NCBI RefSeq assembly: GCF_032191835.1
Contig: NC_083231.1
Coordinates: 57,040,001 to 57,104,000 of the forward strand
Source: Heteronotia binoei
Taxonomy: Eukaryota
DNA length: 64,000 nt
Reading direction: 5' to 3'
Positions 37,284-50,763 of the stretch are shown here, one piece after another. Each line of letters starts with the position of its first letter. The first letter of the stretch is position 1. The notes under the pieces were generated by a model. It searched no databases. It was not told where the DNA came from and saw only the letters and a program-made list of their open reading frames with translations. The position numbers were made by a program, and so were the translations under genes.

Positions 37284-38241
37284 CTGCCAAAACAGTAGGA
37301 GCAATAAATCTTCATATTGTCATTTTAGTTACACACAGAATTATCCATATTAAGTGTCAGTCGCTCTCAAAAATCACATTACAGATGGTTACAATGCCAT
37401 GTTCTGCACAACAGCATTATTATTAATCTATCAACTTTAAAGGCTTGTTTCAACACTCTGCAGCACCTAAAGAAACAATTCAAAGTAAAGCACTGGTTAT
37501 TTGTTTAAAGAAGGGGGGGTCATATCTGCCACATTCTAATGAAGTTCTATTTTTTTAATGGAAATGCACAAGGTCTCCAAGGTTTTCATACAGCATCTCT
37601 TGAGATATTGCAGAGTGGGGCCTTTAAAACACTAATTGCTACGAGGTATAGAAAAACAAATTAAAGATGAACAAAACTTTTCCCCATCTAAATTTGGACT
37701 GTATGTTCTTTAGGACAAACATCTGTACAGTTATGTCAATATATTAACAATTCCAGAGGGATAGCCATGATAGTTTGTTTTATGTGTGTGTGTGTATGTG
37801 TGTAAAGTTCCATTAAGTCACAGCTGATTTATAGTGAACCCAGCAAGGAGATTTCAAGGCAAATGAGATGCAGAGATGGTTTGCCATTGCCTTTCCTCTG
37901 CAGAATCTTCCTTGATTGGTCTCCCATCCAGGTACCAACCCTGGTTACCTTCTGAGATCTGAGGAGACCAGGCTATACCATACCGCCTTTCCTCCCACTA
38001 GACTATTGTAGCAGTATAAAAACTGAAGTCCATTGGCACTTTAAAGACTAACAACATTCATTACAGCACGAGCTTTCATAAGCTAGCTCTACTCATGAAA
38101 GTTCATGCTGGAATGAATCTTGTTACTCTTTAAGGAGACATGGGACTTCAGTTATTACGCTGCTATATTAATAATCAGTTATAACCAGTGATAATACTAC
38201 TAACAGACAGTATTAACTTAGAACCTTGTCATGATTTGTAC

Positions 38242-38420
38242 CTGGTATAGTGATCGCACACTAGGCTGAAATACCATGTTGGTATTGAGCAGAAACGAAC
38301 GGAGAAGGGGTTGTGGGTAACTAGCCAAATGAGTAATAATTCCAATGAGCAGCAAATTGACATGCAAAGAGTTTTCCAACATGTTCTCCAACTTTGATAA
38401 CACCACACTTATAAAAGGTC
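38242..38420 (-). CDS. FHIP1A: FHIP1A internal exon
   Basis: ctgcag|GA ... CAG|gtacaa, 179 bp. Encodes (G)PFISVVLSKLENMLENSLHVNLLLIGIITHLASYPQPLLRSFLLNTNMVFQPSVRSLYQ. Confidence 0.95.
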
Positions 38421-41400
38421 CTGCAGATTTAAGCAAAAAACCCAAAATTAATTTTAAGGCAATAGAGGATTGGAGAATTTTAGGGGAATAAGTGCTTGGA
38501 TGTACAGATCCTCACCATTAAATGAGGGATAAACTAATTTATAATCAGTGTGTAAAGAAACCGGAGCCATGAACAGACAAGACAGATCTTTCTACAAACC
38601 TGAGAAAAGCCCAGTTTGCACAAAAAACTAAAATCTGGAAAAAGAGGGGTTAAAACCACCCAAAGTAGTAGAAGCAGCACCTATACCTTTACAAACAAAT
38701 GCTTTCTACAGTGAACATTGTGGGGGCTTGCTTGGCAACCACAATAATATTGCCAGCCTTCAAATCTTGGTTTCTGTCAGTAAAAGGCAAGGGGAAAGGG
38801 GCAGGGCCCTTTCCAGGTCTGCTTTGACCTTTGAGCAAGGATTCATTGGGGGCAGAGCCAGCTGCTTGCTATGGCAGGGACACCTGCTTGCTACTGTTCA
38901 ACAGCAGCCATTGCACAAAGCCAGTACATTGCAATAGTTAGTGTTTCAGGCCTGGATCTTCCCACTCTGCCACATGGGCCAGTCACATTCCTAGCCTATC
39001 TTACCTCACAGGGTTGTTATGAGGATGAAATGGAGGATAGGAGAATCATGTAAGCTGCTTTGGGATCCCACTTAGAAAGTTGGGGTGTAACAGAAGTAAA
39101 TAATAAATTCAGCTGGAGATGGAGAGCAAATAAAAAGGTAGGCTGGCTGGTGGGGTGGGTAGGAAGGAGAAAAGAAAGCACAACATGAAGGGAAAGAACA
39201 GTTGGGGAGGGGATACAGTGTTCAAGTTTCCCCACAAGTCTTTGCAGGTCCCTCACTTGTTTCAATCAAATCTCAGGCCTGGTTTCCTTGGCCACCCTAA
39301 TAGATAACTTTTGCTGGGAAAGACAAAGAAATGCTACCCATTAATTCTCCTAGACAGTTCACTATGAATTCCTTGTGAATGGGTTGGCAGGAGGAATGCT
39401 GGGCAACACAGACTGCTGGTTCCATGCCTAACTTGTTGACAGGAAGTGGAAGGCTATGATAGAACATCTTTTATCAGACCCAGTGCATTTATGCTGTGGT
39501 TTCCCATAGTTCCAGCATACATTTGGGATACAAGTAACTCAGAATTCCTTCATGGGCTTTCTAGGTTTAAAGTGTTATTAGTTATTACTAAGGCCTATTC
39601 AGTTCTGCTATTCATAATACACAATCCCTTAAAGAGCTCCCTTACAAGCATTTTACTCATCTCACCAGACTATCTTTTTGATATAATATGGCGATAGTCA
39701 ACTAAAAATAAAATTCACTTCAGAGAAAGTATGTGGATAGTTAATAGTAAGAAATTGTGAAAATGTTTTAGGAAATATGCATAGTTAATGTGGGAAAAGT
39801 GTTCTCAAACCATGGGTAGTGAACTGTTTCCAGAGACTTAAGCCAGGATATATACAAATGGTTATGTCATCACCAGGCTTGATTAAAGCACCTTATTAGA
39901 TGAAGAATCTCAGGTGACAAGCAGAGGTTTACAAGCTTTGCAAGAGGAGTAGCAGAGACTAATTAGATCAAAATTAATGATGTTACACAAAACTCGCTGT
40001 GCAGGCACATACATAAAACTAATTGGGGTCCTATTCATAATAAAAGTTTTATTTGCCACATTACATTCCAATTATTGAAATGCTGATTGTGTCCTTGTTG
40101 CAGGATAAATGGATTGGGGCTTGTATCGCATAAATTATTACAAGAAATGGATGCTGTTTTTTCAAACATAAAACATTAGTGCCATATAACAAGATCAGTT
40201 GTTGTCCACATTTATTTGATGGGGAAAAAAACATTCCTTAACAAGGAAACTAGGTTTCAGTGCTATAATTTCCCTGGAAAAGGAATAATGAATGAAGTTC
40301 TCCAGTTTGTTGTGGCTGTGCTTAAAGCCATAAAGCTGGTAGACATATACGACACTGAATGTCCAAATGCTGCTTAAAAGTAATGAACGAGAGCTTTGGA
40401 AAATCAAATTCAAACTACCATTTAAGTTACTGCCAAATATGGAATCCCTCAAAAGGTTAGTGTGCCCACATGGCCTTAAGGTTAAGGAGAAAGAATAATT
40501 AGATGGCCCAATATGCCACTGTACTAACTACGGTTAAAAATTATGGTGTCATTTACAGAACTCATCTGAAACATCAACTTTTCTTAATTTGGCTGCATTC
40601 AAAAAGATTCTGGCCTTCCAAAGTTATTGTGTTGCTATTCAGAAGTGACTATCATAAGTCCCAGAACTTTCTGTAATACAAAAACTCATTCTCAATAAAG
40701 CATTCTTATTAAACTTTTATGATGATCAGGCAATTTGCATCTGCAAACAGGTGAGGGAAATTTGCTTTCTAGAACTGATTAAGAAATGCATTCCATTGGA
40801 TCAGGCAGTTAAACAAACAGATGGATATGCCAGGGATGTATTATACAATCTTTTATTTTTCACCCTGTACTATTTAGGATCTGGATGATTTCTTTGCTGT
40901 TTATATCGTTTGGATCCTTATAGCACCAAAGAAATGATGATGTAATAATAATTTAAAATTTAACACAAAGGAAAGGTTTTCTTCAAGTTTCTTTTAATAT
41001 TATGAGTACGTATTTCATAGGTTCCATCCACCCCATTACAAAATGATTGATTCCAGAGCTAAGGCACCAAGAATTTAAAAATGAGTAAGTGTGCCAAAGA
41101 GCTGGCAAAACTGTGCAGGGAACACAATCCATTTTTTTAAAGTCCCAAAATGTCTGCAATGTAATCCAATTAGTAAATAGGATACTGAAATTAGACAGAA
41201 TGAAACAATGTAGCAGGGCTAGAAAACATTTTATATTTGAAAGCCAAATGCCTAGATGTGCAATTAAATGGGGCAAGTGCACAGAATGGCAAGAGCTGCC
41301 ATCTAGTGCTGAAAAGTTAGAAGCAAAGAGTAGCTTATGTACAAAAACCTGGAACTGCTATTTTACAACAGTTAAACTCCCCCAACTCCTTTGCTTTATG

Positions 41401-42093
41401 GTATTAGAAAGAAAATAACCTACCAAATTTCCATTTTAGCAGCACTTGTTGTAACAGGTCACTTACCCCTCTTTCAAATATGTAGTAACATCCTCTGGAA
41501 TTGTATAGCTATGGGAGATGTTCTTTACAGGTAATACAAATTGCAAGGTATTGAAATAGCAAAGTTGATTTGAAATCCATGTCACTTGAGCATACTGCAA
41601 AATGTTGGCAATATCCTTACATAAGGTACACAGCTTTTCCTGTGTCCTACTACATTGCAGTAGCTCTCTCTGACCCTCAGAGAGATTGTTCCCAGGGTCA
41701 TGGGATCTGTAAAGAGGAACAGTTGAGATGCCTAGTGGTCTGGACCAAGAAGCAACAAAGGGATTAAACTGCCTTGCCCTTTCAGTGGAGCTGGATGTGC
41801 AGAAGAGGAAGGAGGAGCAATTTCAACTCCTCTTCTGTTCTCACTCCAGTACCCCAACCAACACAGGTGTTCCTCCACGTGGGTCCCGCAGCCAATCCCT
41901 TCATGGGTCAAAAGAGCCACAGCAATGAAAAAATAACTCAGAACGACACCATCTACATATGGAGTGGTAGGATACGGCTCACATAATATCATCTCTCACT
42001 GTGCTTAATATGATTTTATGCATTCCTTTTTCCTATTGATAGATATATTTTTCAGTATTCAGAACATTATTTAATTGACTTAGCAAATTTCAC

Positions 42094-43158
42094 CTGTAAA
42101 TGGGACATTCTGGATCCTTGCAGGGTTTCTGGACCACAGATCTTTTGATCCAAAGGGTGAAGGCATACTTTCTACTGATGGAGTGTCAAGTGAAAAATTT
42201 TCAAAGTCCTCCTCCTCTTCCACTGGAGAGATAGCATCAGGCATAAGCGATTTAAGTTCCACTAAGCCTGTAGAGTTAGTATCCAGTTCTTTAATGATAT
42301 TATCACACTGGGATATAAAATCCTCATTCTCTGGGCTCAGCAGCCTTATGTTAGCGTTATCATCTGCTTCTTGAGAAGACAGCTTCAGTTCCAAGTCTGC
42401 TGGCTGGTTCATTTCAACAGCGCTCTTGTGTACTCGTTCTGCCATTGCTTCTTGAGTTAAGCTGGAATTTTTCATATTGTGCTTTTCTAAGTTTGCGTTT
42501 GGCTGATTATTTTTAAGGGGACCATTGGTGGGGAGCTGCTTTTGATCATTTGCTTTTTGAGATTCTGACACTGTAGAGCTTAAAGCTTCTTTCTTTAAGC
42601 TGTCTGATTCCTGAGCGTCATTTTCAGCACACAACCTATACACCATGACATCATCCTGAAAGTCAGAATCTTCTATATACGACCCTTTAATCAACATGAT
42701 TGCATTCTTCTTCATTTCCTGAATATGCTTTGGTGGTTCTGCCGGAGATTGTCTGTCTACATTCCCTAAATCATCATCATGCTGGGGAGAGCCAGTATCA
42801 GATCCAGGAGAAATTCCTGTATCGTAGCTATCATCCCACTCCAGCTCCAGTTGCAACTTTTCTCCCAGTGGGGTCAGCAGAGAGGAACTACGATTACTAT
42901 GGGTTCTGTGATGGAGTCTTAAAATGGGCTGGTGTATGCTTTTACTGTCTTCTTCATCAAGAGTTCGGATAAAGGTGTGTGGATCAGGGTTTTCACCATC
43001 ATATGGAGCAGACCAAACCTGGCAGTCTTTCATGCAGTGGAGTATAAGGATCTGAGCATCCCAAAGATACTGCAAGTAACTGATATCTACATTTCTACCA
43101 TATTCCACAATACATGTGGAGTCTGTAATACTTGTGTTTGATGACTCCTCAGTGGAAC
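42094..43158 (-). CDS. FHIP1A: FHIP1A large exon (1065 bp)
   Basis: tttcag|GT ... ACAG|gtgaaa, phase 1/1. Contains ORF 42080-43108 with motifs IVEYGRNVDISYLQYLWDA, LELEWDDSYDTGISPG, PPKHIQEMKKNAIMLIKGSYIEDSDFQDDVMVYRLCAE and PFTG. Confidence 0.95.
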
Positions 43159-43685
43159 CTGAAACAGAGTGACAAAATAACCACCATTAGGAAGTGGGAA
43201 AGGAATTGAAGAACATTTTAAGAGTGAACTCAGGTCCATTGGTTTATCAATGGTTAATGGTTTGATTGATATTACTAGTCAATGGAAAGCAAAATTTATC
43301 AAACAATATCAGGCCATTTGAATGAGCAGAGAATAAATAATAGCAAGCATCTAGTCCTTGGGATGTGGTAGTTTGTGTTTGCTAATGTAGTAGCTATTGC
43401 TTGAATCCATTCACAATTTTCTGTTATGAGATGCTAATATTTTCATCTATTCACACATGTGCAAAAGAAAAGATATTCTGAACTTACACAATTTTAAAAT
43501 TGGGAGTTAGGAATCTGAAGGAGCAAACAGGTTTACTTAGTTTTCTTCCACTTTAAAATATTTCATGCATCTGTTATTAGAGAATGACATATGTGATAAG
43601 TCTTAGCAGGGGGAAATAGTAAGATTTAAAAATTATGCCAAATTAACCTATTACTATTTCTTATACAGAAAAACAAATACAACAT

Positions 43686-43960
43686 GAAGAAGATATTGGA
43701 TTTATATCCCGCCCTCCACTCCAAAGAGTCTCAGAGCGGCTCACAATCTCCTTTACCTTCCTCCCCCACAACAGACACCCTGTGAGGTGGGTGGGGCTGG
43801 AGAGGGCTCTCACAGCAGCTGCCCTTTCAAGGACAACCTCTGCCAGAGCTATGGCTGACCCAAGGCCATGCTAGCAGGTGCAAGTGGAGGAGTGGGGAAT
43901 CAAACCCGGTTCTCCCAGATAAGAATCCACACACTTAGCCACTACACCAAACTGGCTCTC
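43686..43960 (-). mobile_element. tRNA/CORE-type SINE with L2-like tail (Squam2-like)
   Basis: tRNA-like head at the right end, a cacaacagacaccctgtgaggtggg core, and an L2-like gggcgggatataaat tail on the - strand. Decayed relatives at ~34790-34995, ~44630-44790 and ~60690-60760. Confidence 0.65.
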
Positions 43961-44169
43961 CTGAATGCACATGAATGCAACTAAGTTTAACAATCCCCCA
44001 CATCTAAACCTAGCAAGCTGACCCCAGCTAATTTTGCAGTAGTGGACTTTAGAAACAGCTAATTGACAATACATTAGCTCTTATCATATGTCTCACTGGG
44101 AAAGATGATGATGTCTTTAGAGGACTATCCTTCAAGGCATTTAAGAATCATGAATAGCAGCTAACCATT

Positions 44170-44358
44170 TTAGCCTGATCTCATCACATCTCAGAAGCTA
44201 AGCAGGGCTGGCTCTGGTTAGTATTTGGATAGGAGACTACCAAGGAAGTCTTGGGCCATGATGGAGAAGGCAGGGAATGGCAAACCACCTCTGAATGTCT
44301 CTTGTCTTAAAAACTCCATGAGAGGTGGCCATAAATCAGCTGTGACTTGATGGCAACC
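44170..44358 (+). mobile_element. 5S rRNA-derived SINE with RTE/Sauria-like tail
   Basis: gatctca..atctcagaagctaagcaggg...tggttagtatttggataggagac mirrors the 5S rRNA internal control region, followed by a ggcaaaccacctctgaa...cagctgtgacttgatggca tail. Confidence 0.7.
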
Positions 44359-44826
44359 CCCCCTCAAAAGTCAATTCACTTTGCAATAATTTAAACTTGA
44401 ATCAATGTATGAAGAGTTCCATGTTTTCAGAGTTTCCTATTCTGTCTGAAGACTGCAATGGAATGGGTGAAGGCTAACAAAATGAAATGATCATGATAAG
44501 ACTGACATGCTACTGGTCAAGAATATAAGCCACTCAGGGGTTGAAGAATCAGCCTGTTTGGGATTTTTTGGGGGGTACCCCTCAAATGGAGCAAGCTCAT
44601 GGTTGGAGGACCTGTTAGACCCAAAATGGCTTACAACATCATTCTACCCCACCCCCACCCTAACCTCTGAGGTAGATTAGTGACTGGCCTAGAGTCACCC
44701 AAGCAAGCTTCCATGGTAGAGTAAGGATTATAACCTGGGAATCCCAGATCCTTGTCCAACACTGACCACTACACAATGCTGGTTATCTAACACATAATAA
44801 ACTTAATTATATTAATAAACCTGGGC

Positions 44827-45027
44827 AGGGGCTGTAGATCAGTGGTAGAGTATCTGCTTGGTATGCAGAAAGCCCCAAGTTCAATCCCCAGCATTTCCAT
44901 TTAAAAGGTAGTAGGTAATGTGAAAGACCTCTACCTCAGACCCTGCAGAGCTGTTGCCAGACTGAACAGACAACATTGTCCCTGATGGATCACTGGTCTG
45001 ATTCAGTATAAAGCAGCTTGATGTGAG
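44827..45027 (+). mobile_element. tRNA-derived SINE (Squam3-like), older copy
   Basis: ggggctgtagatcagtggtagag...agttcaatcccc head; body and tail similar to the 53740 copy. Confidence 0.7.
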
Positions 45028-46068
45028 GTAAGCCTTGTCTGAAATGCTGTTTTTATGTCCTAACTTTTCACTACTGGCTTGTACGTGAGGAAATTTGATG
45101 ATAATTGTAGGGATTTAGTGGCAGCAGCAGATTAAAAGTTAAGAAACACCGTTTTACACTATGAAATTGTTAAATGACGAATATAAAACTCAATCAAATT
45201 TTTAAATTGCTAACTAAAGTACTGAGGTACTGATGTGCAGCAAGTCTAGTAATATTTCTTTCCATAGGGGAAGGAGTGTACTTTTTATTAGACTAAAAGT
45301 AAAATGTATATCTTCTTTATTTAGATTTCATTTCCTATCTCAGGGTGTTTTAAAATATATCCTTTTTTATTCCCATAGCCACTCTTGTGAGGAAGTTTAG
45401 GTTTGAGACTCAACTACTGAGTCAAAACCAGCCACAGAAAGGTATATTACAGAGCATTTTGTTTCCCTGTGTCCAAACTCTCTGCCCTATGAACATCTAG
45501 AAGAACTCATGGGACAATTAGATTCAAGTCCAGTTGCACCTTGGAGATCAACCTTTTGAGCGTCAAAGCTTTGAATAAGACAAAGAGAGCTTTGACTCTT
45601 GAAAGCTTATAAATCCCCCCCCCTCAATATTATTGGTCTCTTTTCAAAGTTTCCATGCAAGTCTTGGACTTTTCTCTCACTGAGAGAAAAGGTAGTAATG
45701 CCTACTACCTACTTTTCTCTCACTGAGAAAAGTAGGTAGTAGGCATTAATTTGCCTTCTACTACCCCGAACAAAAGTTCCAGCCTGCTCCCGTTATGAGA
45801 GACAGCTCAGCTCGGCATTTTCCTTCCCCGGAAGTCTCAGCTCCTTCTGCCTTGTCTTTGCTGGTCTCCAAGGTTCTACTAGACTCAAATCTAGCTGTTC
45901 TACCATGAACCAACATGGCTACCCTCTGAAATTACCTTGGGACAATGTCCTCTACTTCTTCTGATAATGGAGATTTTTTTCCCAGAAACAAGTTCATATT
46001 TTTGTTTCGTATTTTGATTACATGCATTTCACAGCTATCCCTTATTAGTATAAACAACTGGTAAGAAC

Positions 46069-47216
46069 TAGGGATGGGCATGAAGTGATCCATGAATTGC
46101 AATTCATGCATAAATAAGACTAATTTGTGTTTTGTTTCAAACTGTTTTGGTCCTTGGTGGTTCATTTGGTTTGCTTTTGCAGTTCATTTTTCCAGACAGC
46201 TGGGCACTGATTTAATCAATCCCGAAGCAGGCCCGTAGCAAGAAAAGTTCGGTTGGGGGGGCCCATGGAAAAAAAATTTGGATGGAGGGCCCCCCCTCTG
46301 GTGGCCCCCCCTCTCTCTACTGCCACTTTTCTCCCCCTGGCTCTGGCAGCCACACCTCCCTCCACACGGCACCTCTCCCTCCCACCCACTTACTCACCCA
46401 CCAACCAGGCGAAAGAGCTAGCTCCTGGGGCTCTTGCAAGGTGGCCATCCCCCTGCTGATCACATGATTGGCAGAAAAAGCTGCTCTGAAGCCAGCTTTC
46501 CAGAGCAATCAGCAACTTGCTGATCGCTCTGGAATACCGGCTTCGGAGCAGCTTTTTCTGCAGATCATGTGATCGGCAGGGGGGGCGCCTTGCAAGAGCC
46601 CCAGGAGCCGGCTCTTTACTCTTTCGCCCAGTTGGTGGGTGAGTAAGTGGGTAGGTGGGAAGGAAGGAGGGAGAGGTTTCGCGTGGAGGGGGGTGCGGCT
46701 GCCAGACAAAAGTGGTGGCAGAAAGAGTGGGAGCCAGGGAAAGGAGGGGCCACAAAGGTCTGAGGAGGGTTGGGTGGGGGGCATACCCCCCGCCCCCCCA
46801 TGGCTACGGACCTGTCCCTAGGCATTGCTGGGAGTAGACTTCCAGGAACCCTAGAAACACCCACAGCAGTTGTCCATAGCTTTATAGGCAGCTCTGGGAG
46901 CCAATCACAGAGCTCCCATTCTGCCATATGACAGCAGACCTCCTGATTCTGCTGCTTTCACTCTGCAGCATGAAGAGAGAAGAGTCAATTGTTGTGAGAA
47001 CTGACACTGGGCTTTCCTGTGGCACCTGTTGGGGGGCAGAGAGGGTATAACTCAGACATTCCAAATCCAAACTTGGATGGTGGGTGGAGGAGAGCCTGCC
47101 AAAGACTCCCAGTGAGTTTACACCTCTTGAATGAAATGAACCAACAAACCAGTTTCGGCAATCAAACGAACCACAAACTGACTAAACTACCATTTTCCCA
47201 TTCATGCCCATCCCCA
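46069..47216. mobile_element. hAT-type non-autonomous element (outer) containing a nested foldback element
   Basis: TIRs tagggatgggcatgaa / ttcatgcccatcccca with TSD gtaagaac (46061-46068) / gtaagaat (47217-47224). Confidence 0.75.
46228..46814. mobile_element. Foldback/MITE element (inner), long internal palindrome
   Basis: TIRs caggcccgtagc / gctacggacctg, TSD tcccgaag / tccctagg, and ~200-bp imperfect inverted arms centred near 46516. Confidence 0.7.
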
Positions 47217-49649
47217 GTAAGAATATATTCCAAGAAAACTAATGCATTCTTAAAGAAATTATAGCTGTTTATCAATGGGTATCTCAACCTTTCCTTATTG
47301 AAACCAGTGGAGATAACCATCCTGGGTTGGATTCAACCAGCCTTTCTACTGATGGAAAAGGGAGCAGAGTGTCCCCTAAGATTACTGAAATGCTCTGTTG
47401 GAGATCAAGGTACCACCATGGGTAAAAGAGATTCTAATAAGGAGGCAAATTGGCTCAGTTTGGCAGAAAAAATCTGGATCAAATCCATTGGTTTCTTTCC
47501 AAATCTACTCTTAACACACTTCGTTTGAATATCAAAACCATTGAACAAAAAGGCAGCAAATAAAGAAATGCTTAAATTCTGCTCTGTTGTATCATTCCAG
47601 GACTTGCTTTCTCCTATTCTGGCCTACTTCTGTAATTTATTTATTTATTGGAATATTTTTATTTATTTTTTATTTATTGGAATATTGTTCAAGCAATAAG
47701 CCTCTCCGGTAGCTGCTCTAGATTGACCTATATTGACCTACAGAAATTGTTTAAAATAAATTAATAATTTTCTACTTGCACACATGCATACACATATTTT
47801 GTTTGGTTTTAACCCTCCCAAGGTTAAAAAATTCAGCTATACTACTTCGGCATAGGGGTCAAAATGACCCCACATTACAACAAAAAGCAATGAAAACCTG
47901 ACAGCTCTCTCAGTCACAACAATAGCTACTAAGAAAAAAAACAGGCCTCAAGAATAACTTTCTTCAGAAATGCAGCACAAAGGAGAGTCAAATTTGGAAA
48001 AGTGGTCAAAAATACCCCTCATTAAAAACATCAAAAACACAAAAAAATGTAAACAGGGTCAAGTTGATCCCAGCATTTTTAAAACAGAAGACATAGTTGG
48101 GAATCTATACAACTGTTTTATTTTAAAGAAAGCAATCGTAAACTCCCCCCCCCCAAAAAATGTAACGTTGAGAAGGTGACTCAGAGGTTTGGGAAATTTG
48201 AAGGTGAACAGTTATCTAGACTAATACAACCCCCCCCCCCCCCCTAAAGTTGAGATGATCAAATCAGAGGTTTGGGGATAGGGTTACCATGTTTTGAAAA
48301 TCAGAAAATGACATTTCTTGACTACTTCAAGCAACTGTGACAAATCTCATTTTAAATACCCCTAATGTTTCTGCTGAAGTTTGCCAACACTGGGGGACTA
48401 TAGAGCAAGACAGGCTCAGTCTCCCTACCCAAAAATAGGACATTTTCATCGGTTTTTTTAAGAGCCCGAAAGAATTGATGCCAAAAAAAGAAGACATAAC
48501 CTCCAAGAGGCATCACTGAGAGTGCCCCACTCCCAGGCACAGTTGTGAGATTAATAGGCCAGTTTTAAAAATTGCAAATACCCATCTTTTCAAGCCTAGA
48601 ATAAGTATTTTTTAAAAAGCAGCAGTGTTTTTCAGACATCAGCTTATTTGGACTTTGCTTTTCAGACATCAGCTTATTTAAATTTTGCTTTTCATTCTCT
48701 GACCTGAATCAAATAGCTCTCCATACACATTTTCTGATCTCCATAGGTTCATTCAATATGCTTTTTAAATTCTGGGAAACTAAGTTGGATTTTGCGTGCG
48801 AATTCAATAATTTGAGGGAATTTTTTTCTCGCTCTTTCCTGGATGATGCAGCTCTTGCAGGGGGTGTAGTCCCAATTATGATCTTGTTCTCTTTCATGGT
48901 GGTGAGATTTTGACCATGTACCAGAAAAGATATCATTAGCAATATCTGTGTTTAACACTTCTGTTGTCTGTTTTTACCACCTGGGGATTTGGGAATGGAG
49001 CCAGGAGACTTTGGGGATGGCACCTAACAAGGCTGTGACATCACTTTTTTCATGTCCTGTCCTGTCACTTCCAGGTCAAAGATCAGGTTATGGCACTCCT
49101 CAAGCTCCTCCCCTTCTGATGATGTCACATCCTGCTCTAAAAACTCTCCCTGTGATGTCACATTCAGGCCACTCCCCAAAGCTTGCCTCTTCCTCTGAAG
49201 TCATATTGCAGCTCTCAAGCATCTGACATTTAGTTTATGTGGCTCTTACATGAAGCAAGTTTGGCCACCACTGACATATACACACTTTTTTCTTCGATTT
49301 TAAATGCTGTCTAGGAGAGCCTCAGATGAGCACTACTGTATAGTACAAGTTATTTAATGGTACAGAAGAAACAAGAAATATAAGAAGTTCATCTTGTAAC
49401 ATTTAGTAATTAGAACAATCTACAAGGAAAAGAGGTTTAGGGTGTTGTTTTTTACTAATAGCCAACATGAACTTATTAAGCCTATATCAACTGAAATTAG
49501 TCTAGTAGTTACTTCCTTTATAAAATAAGAGGGGACAGGAGAAGTCTTAACAGATAAATATTAACTTCAGCAATACTTGACACAATATGCTAGCATTTAC
49601 AGACATAATATGCACGTAAACTCCTTGGGCAGATTCTGTATATAACATT

Positions 49650-50255
49650 TGAAATTGTTGATGCTGTTGATTTTGTTTACTTGGATTTCAGCAAGGCTTT
49701 TGACAGGGTTCCTCATGATGTTAGGTAAACCAGAGGACTATGGGCCCAGTGTACAGTGGAACTATGATAGTTTGCTACTTGGATGTTTTGTCTCTGCTGA
49801 TACACCCCAAGATGGCATTAGCCTTTTTTGCCACTGCATCACACTGGCTGTATATTTAACTTATGGTCCACCTGTACCCAAGAACTGGTTCACACATACT
49901 ACTACCCAGAAGTATATCCCCCATCCTTACCGAGTTGTAGAACTCGGTACTTATCCTTGTTAAATTGCATCTTGTTCACTTCTGCCCACTTTCCCAGCAT
50001 GTTCAGATCTTGTTGAATTCTATATCTTCTGGGTGTGTTTTTATTCATCCCAATTTGGTGTCATATACAAATTTAATGAGTAGCTCCTCCACACCCTCAT
50101 CCAGATCACTGATAAAAATATTGAGAAGTACTGGATGTGGCCCATGAGCCGGTGTTTGACAGCCCTGCTCTCAGCTGATCCTGCCTTGTGTTGGACTAGA
50201 TGTTGGGCTAGATGGTCTGTATTTCCCCTTCAAGCTCTATGATTATTATTCTAAA
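49650..50255. mobile_element. Rearranged CR1 fragments in both orientations
   Basis: + strand DAVDFVYLDFSKAFDRVPHD (~49660-49720), - strand PVLLNIFISDLDEGVEELLIKFVYDTKLG (~50050-50135), then a MITE end and a + strand CR1 3' UTR (~50190-50255). Confidence 0.7.
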
Positions 50256-50575
50256 TGCGCCTGCCAGGTACTTCTAAGGGGATGTCATCCTTCAGTCCCC
50301 TGTGACACTTCTCAAAACAAAATTATTAGTCAAAAGTTAATATGCAGAGGAATGTATTAAAGAGCTGCTGAAATTTCTCAGCTTCTAGATGAGCCCTAAG
50401 TACAAGCATACTACATAAAATCCAGATTGAGAAATTGAGGACCTTTCTGGAAACCATGCTCTGCAATCATGCATCCCTTAAATACACAGCCTTATAAAGG
50501 AAGAAAAGAGAAAAAATAAACTAATAGAGGTTTAACTTGAGACTTGTCTTCTTACAAAATAAGTTAAATATTTAC

Positions 50576-50763
50576 CGGCAGCATGTATATTCTTTCTCCA
50601 TAGGATATGGTCTTTTTCTTGTTTTTCAAGAGTCAGAGTAATCCCACTAGAGCAGCAGACTGGAGTCAGAGCAAGCAGTCGAGCAGCAGATACCGAATAC
50701 CAGTCTCTCTCCCTAACTGCCCATCTTTGGCTCAACATGATATGATTACAAGGTATCAGGTAT
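50576..50763 (-). CDS. FHIP1A: FHIP1A internal exon
   Basis: ttccag|A ... GCCG|gtaaat, 188 bp, phase 2/1. Encodes (R)YLIPCNHIMLSQRWAVRERDWYSVSAARLLALTPVCCSSGITLTLEKQEKDHILWRKNIHAA. Confidence 0.93.

Noticed and set aside
41570-41992. Cluster of short ORFs next to the large FHIP1A exon
   Set aside because: No homology recognised, and read-through from the exon stops at 42080 (EIC*). Treated as intron.
44170-44250. Possible 5S rRNA gene (also ~31040-31120 and ~63170-63260)
   Set aside because: Diverged, lacks the true 5S ends and T-run terminator, and is fused to an RTE-like tail. It is a SINE head.
46184-46927. Numerous overlapping Pro/Gly-rich ORFs on both strands
   Set aside because: An artefact of the GC-rich palindromic foldback element.
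50691-50703. Trp in FHIP1A ERDWYS where I recall Cys in mammals
   Set aside because: A single-base difference at a position I recall being variable between paralogues. It cannot be evaluated without an alignment.
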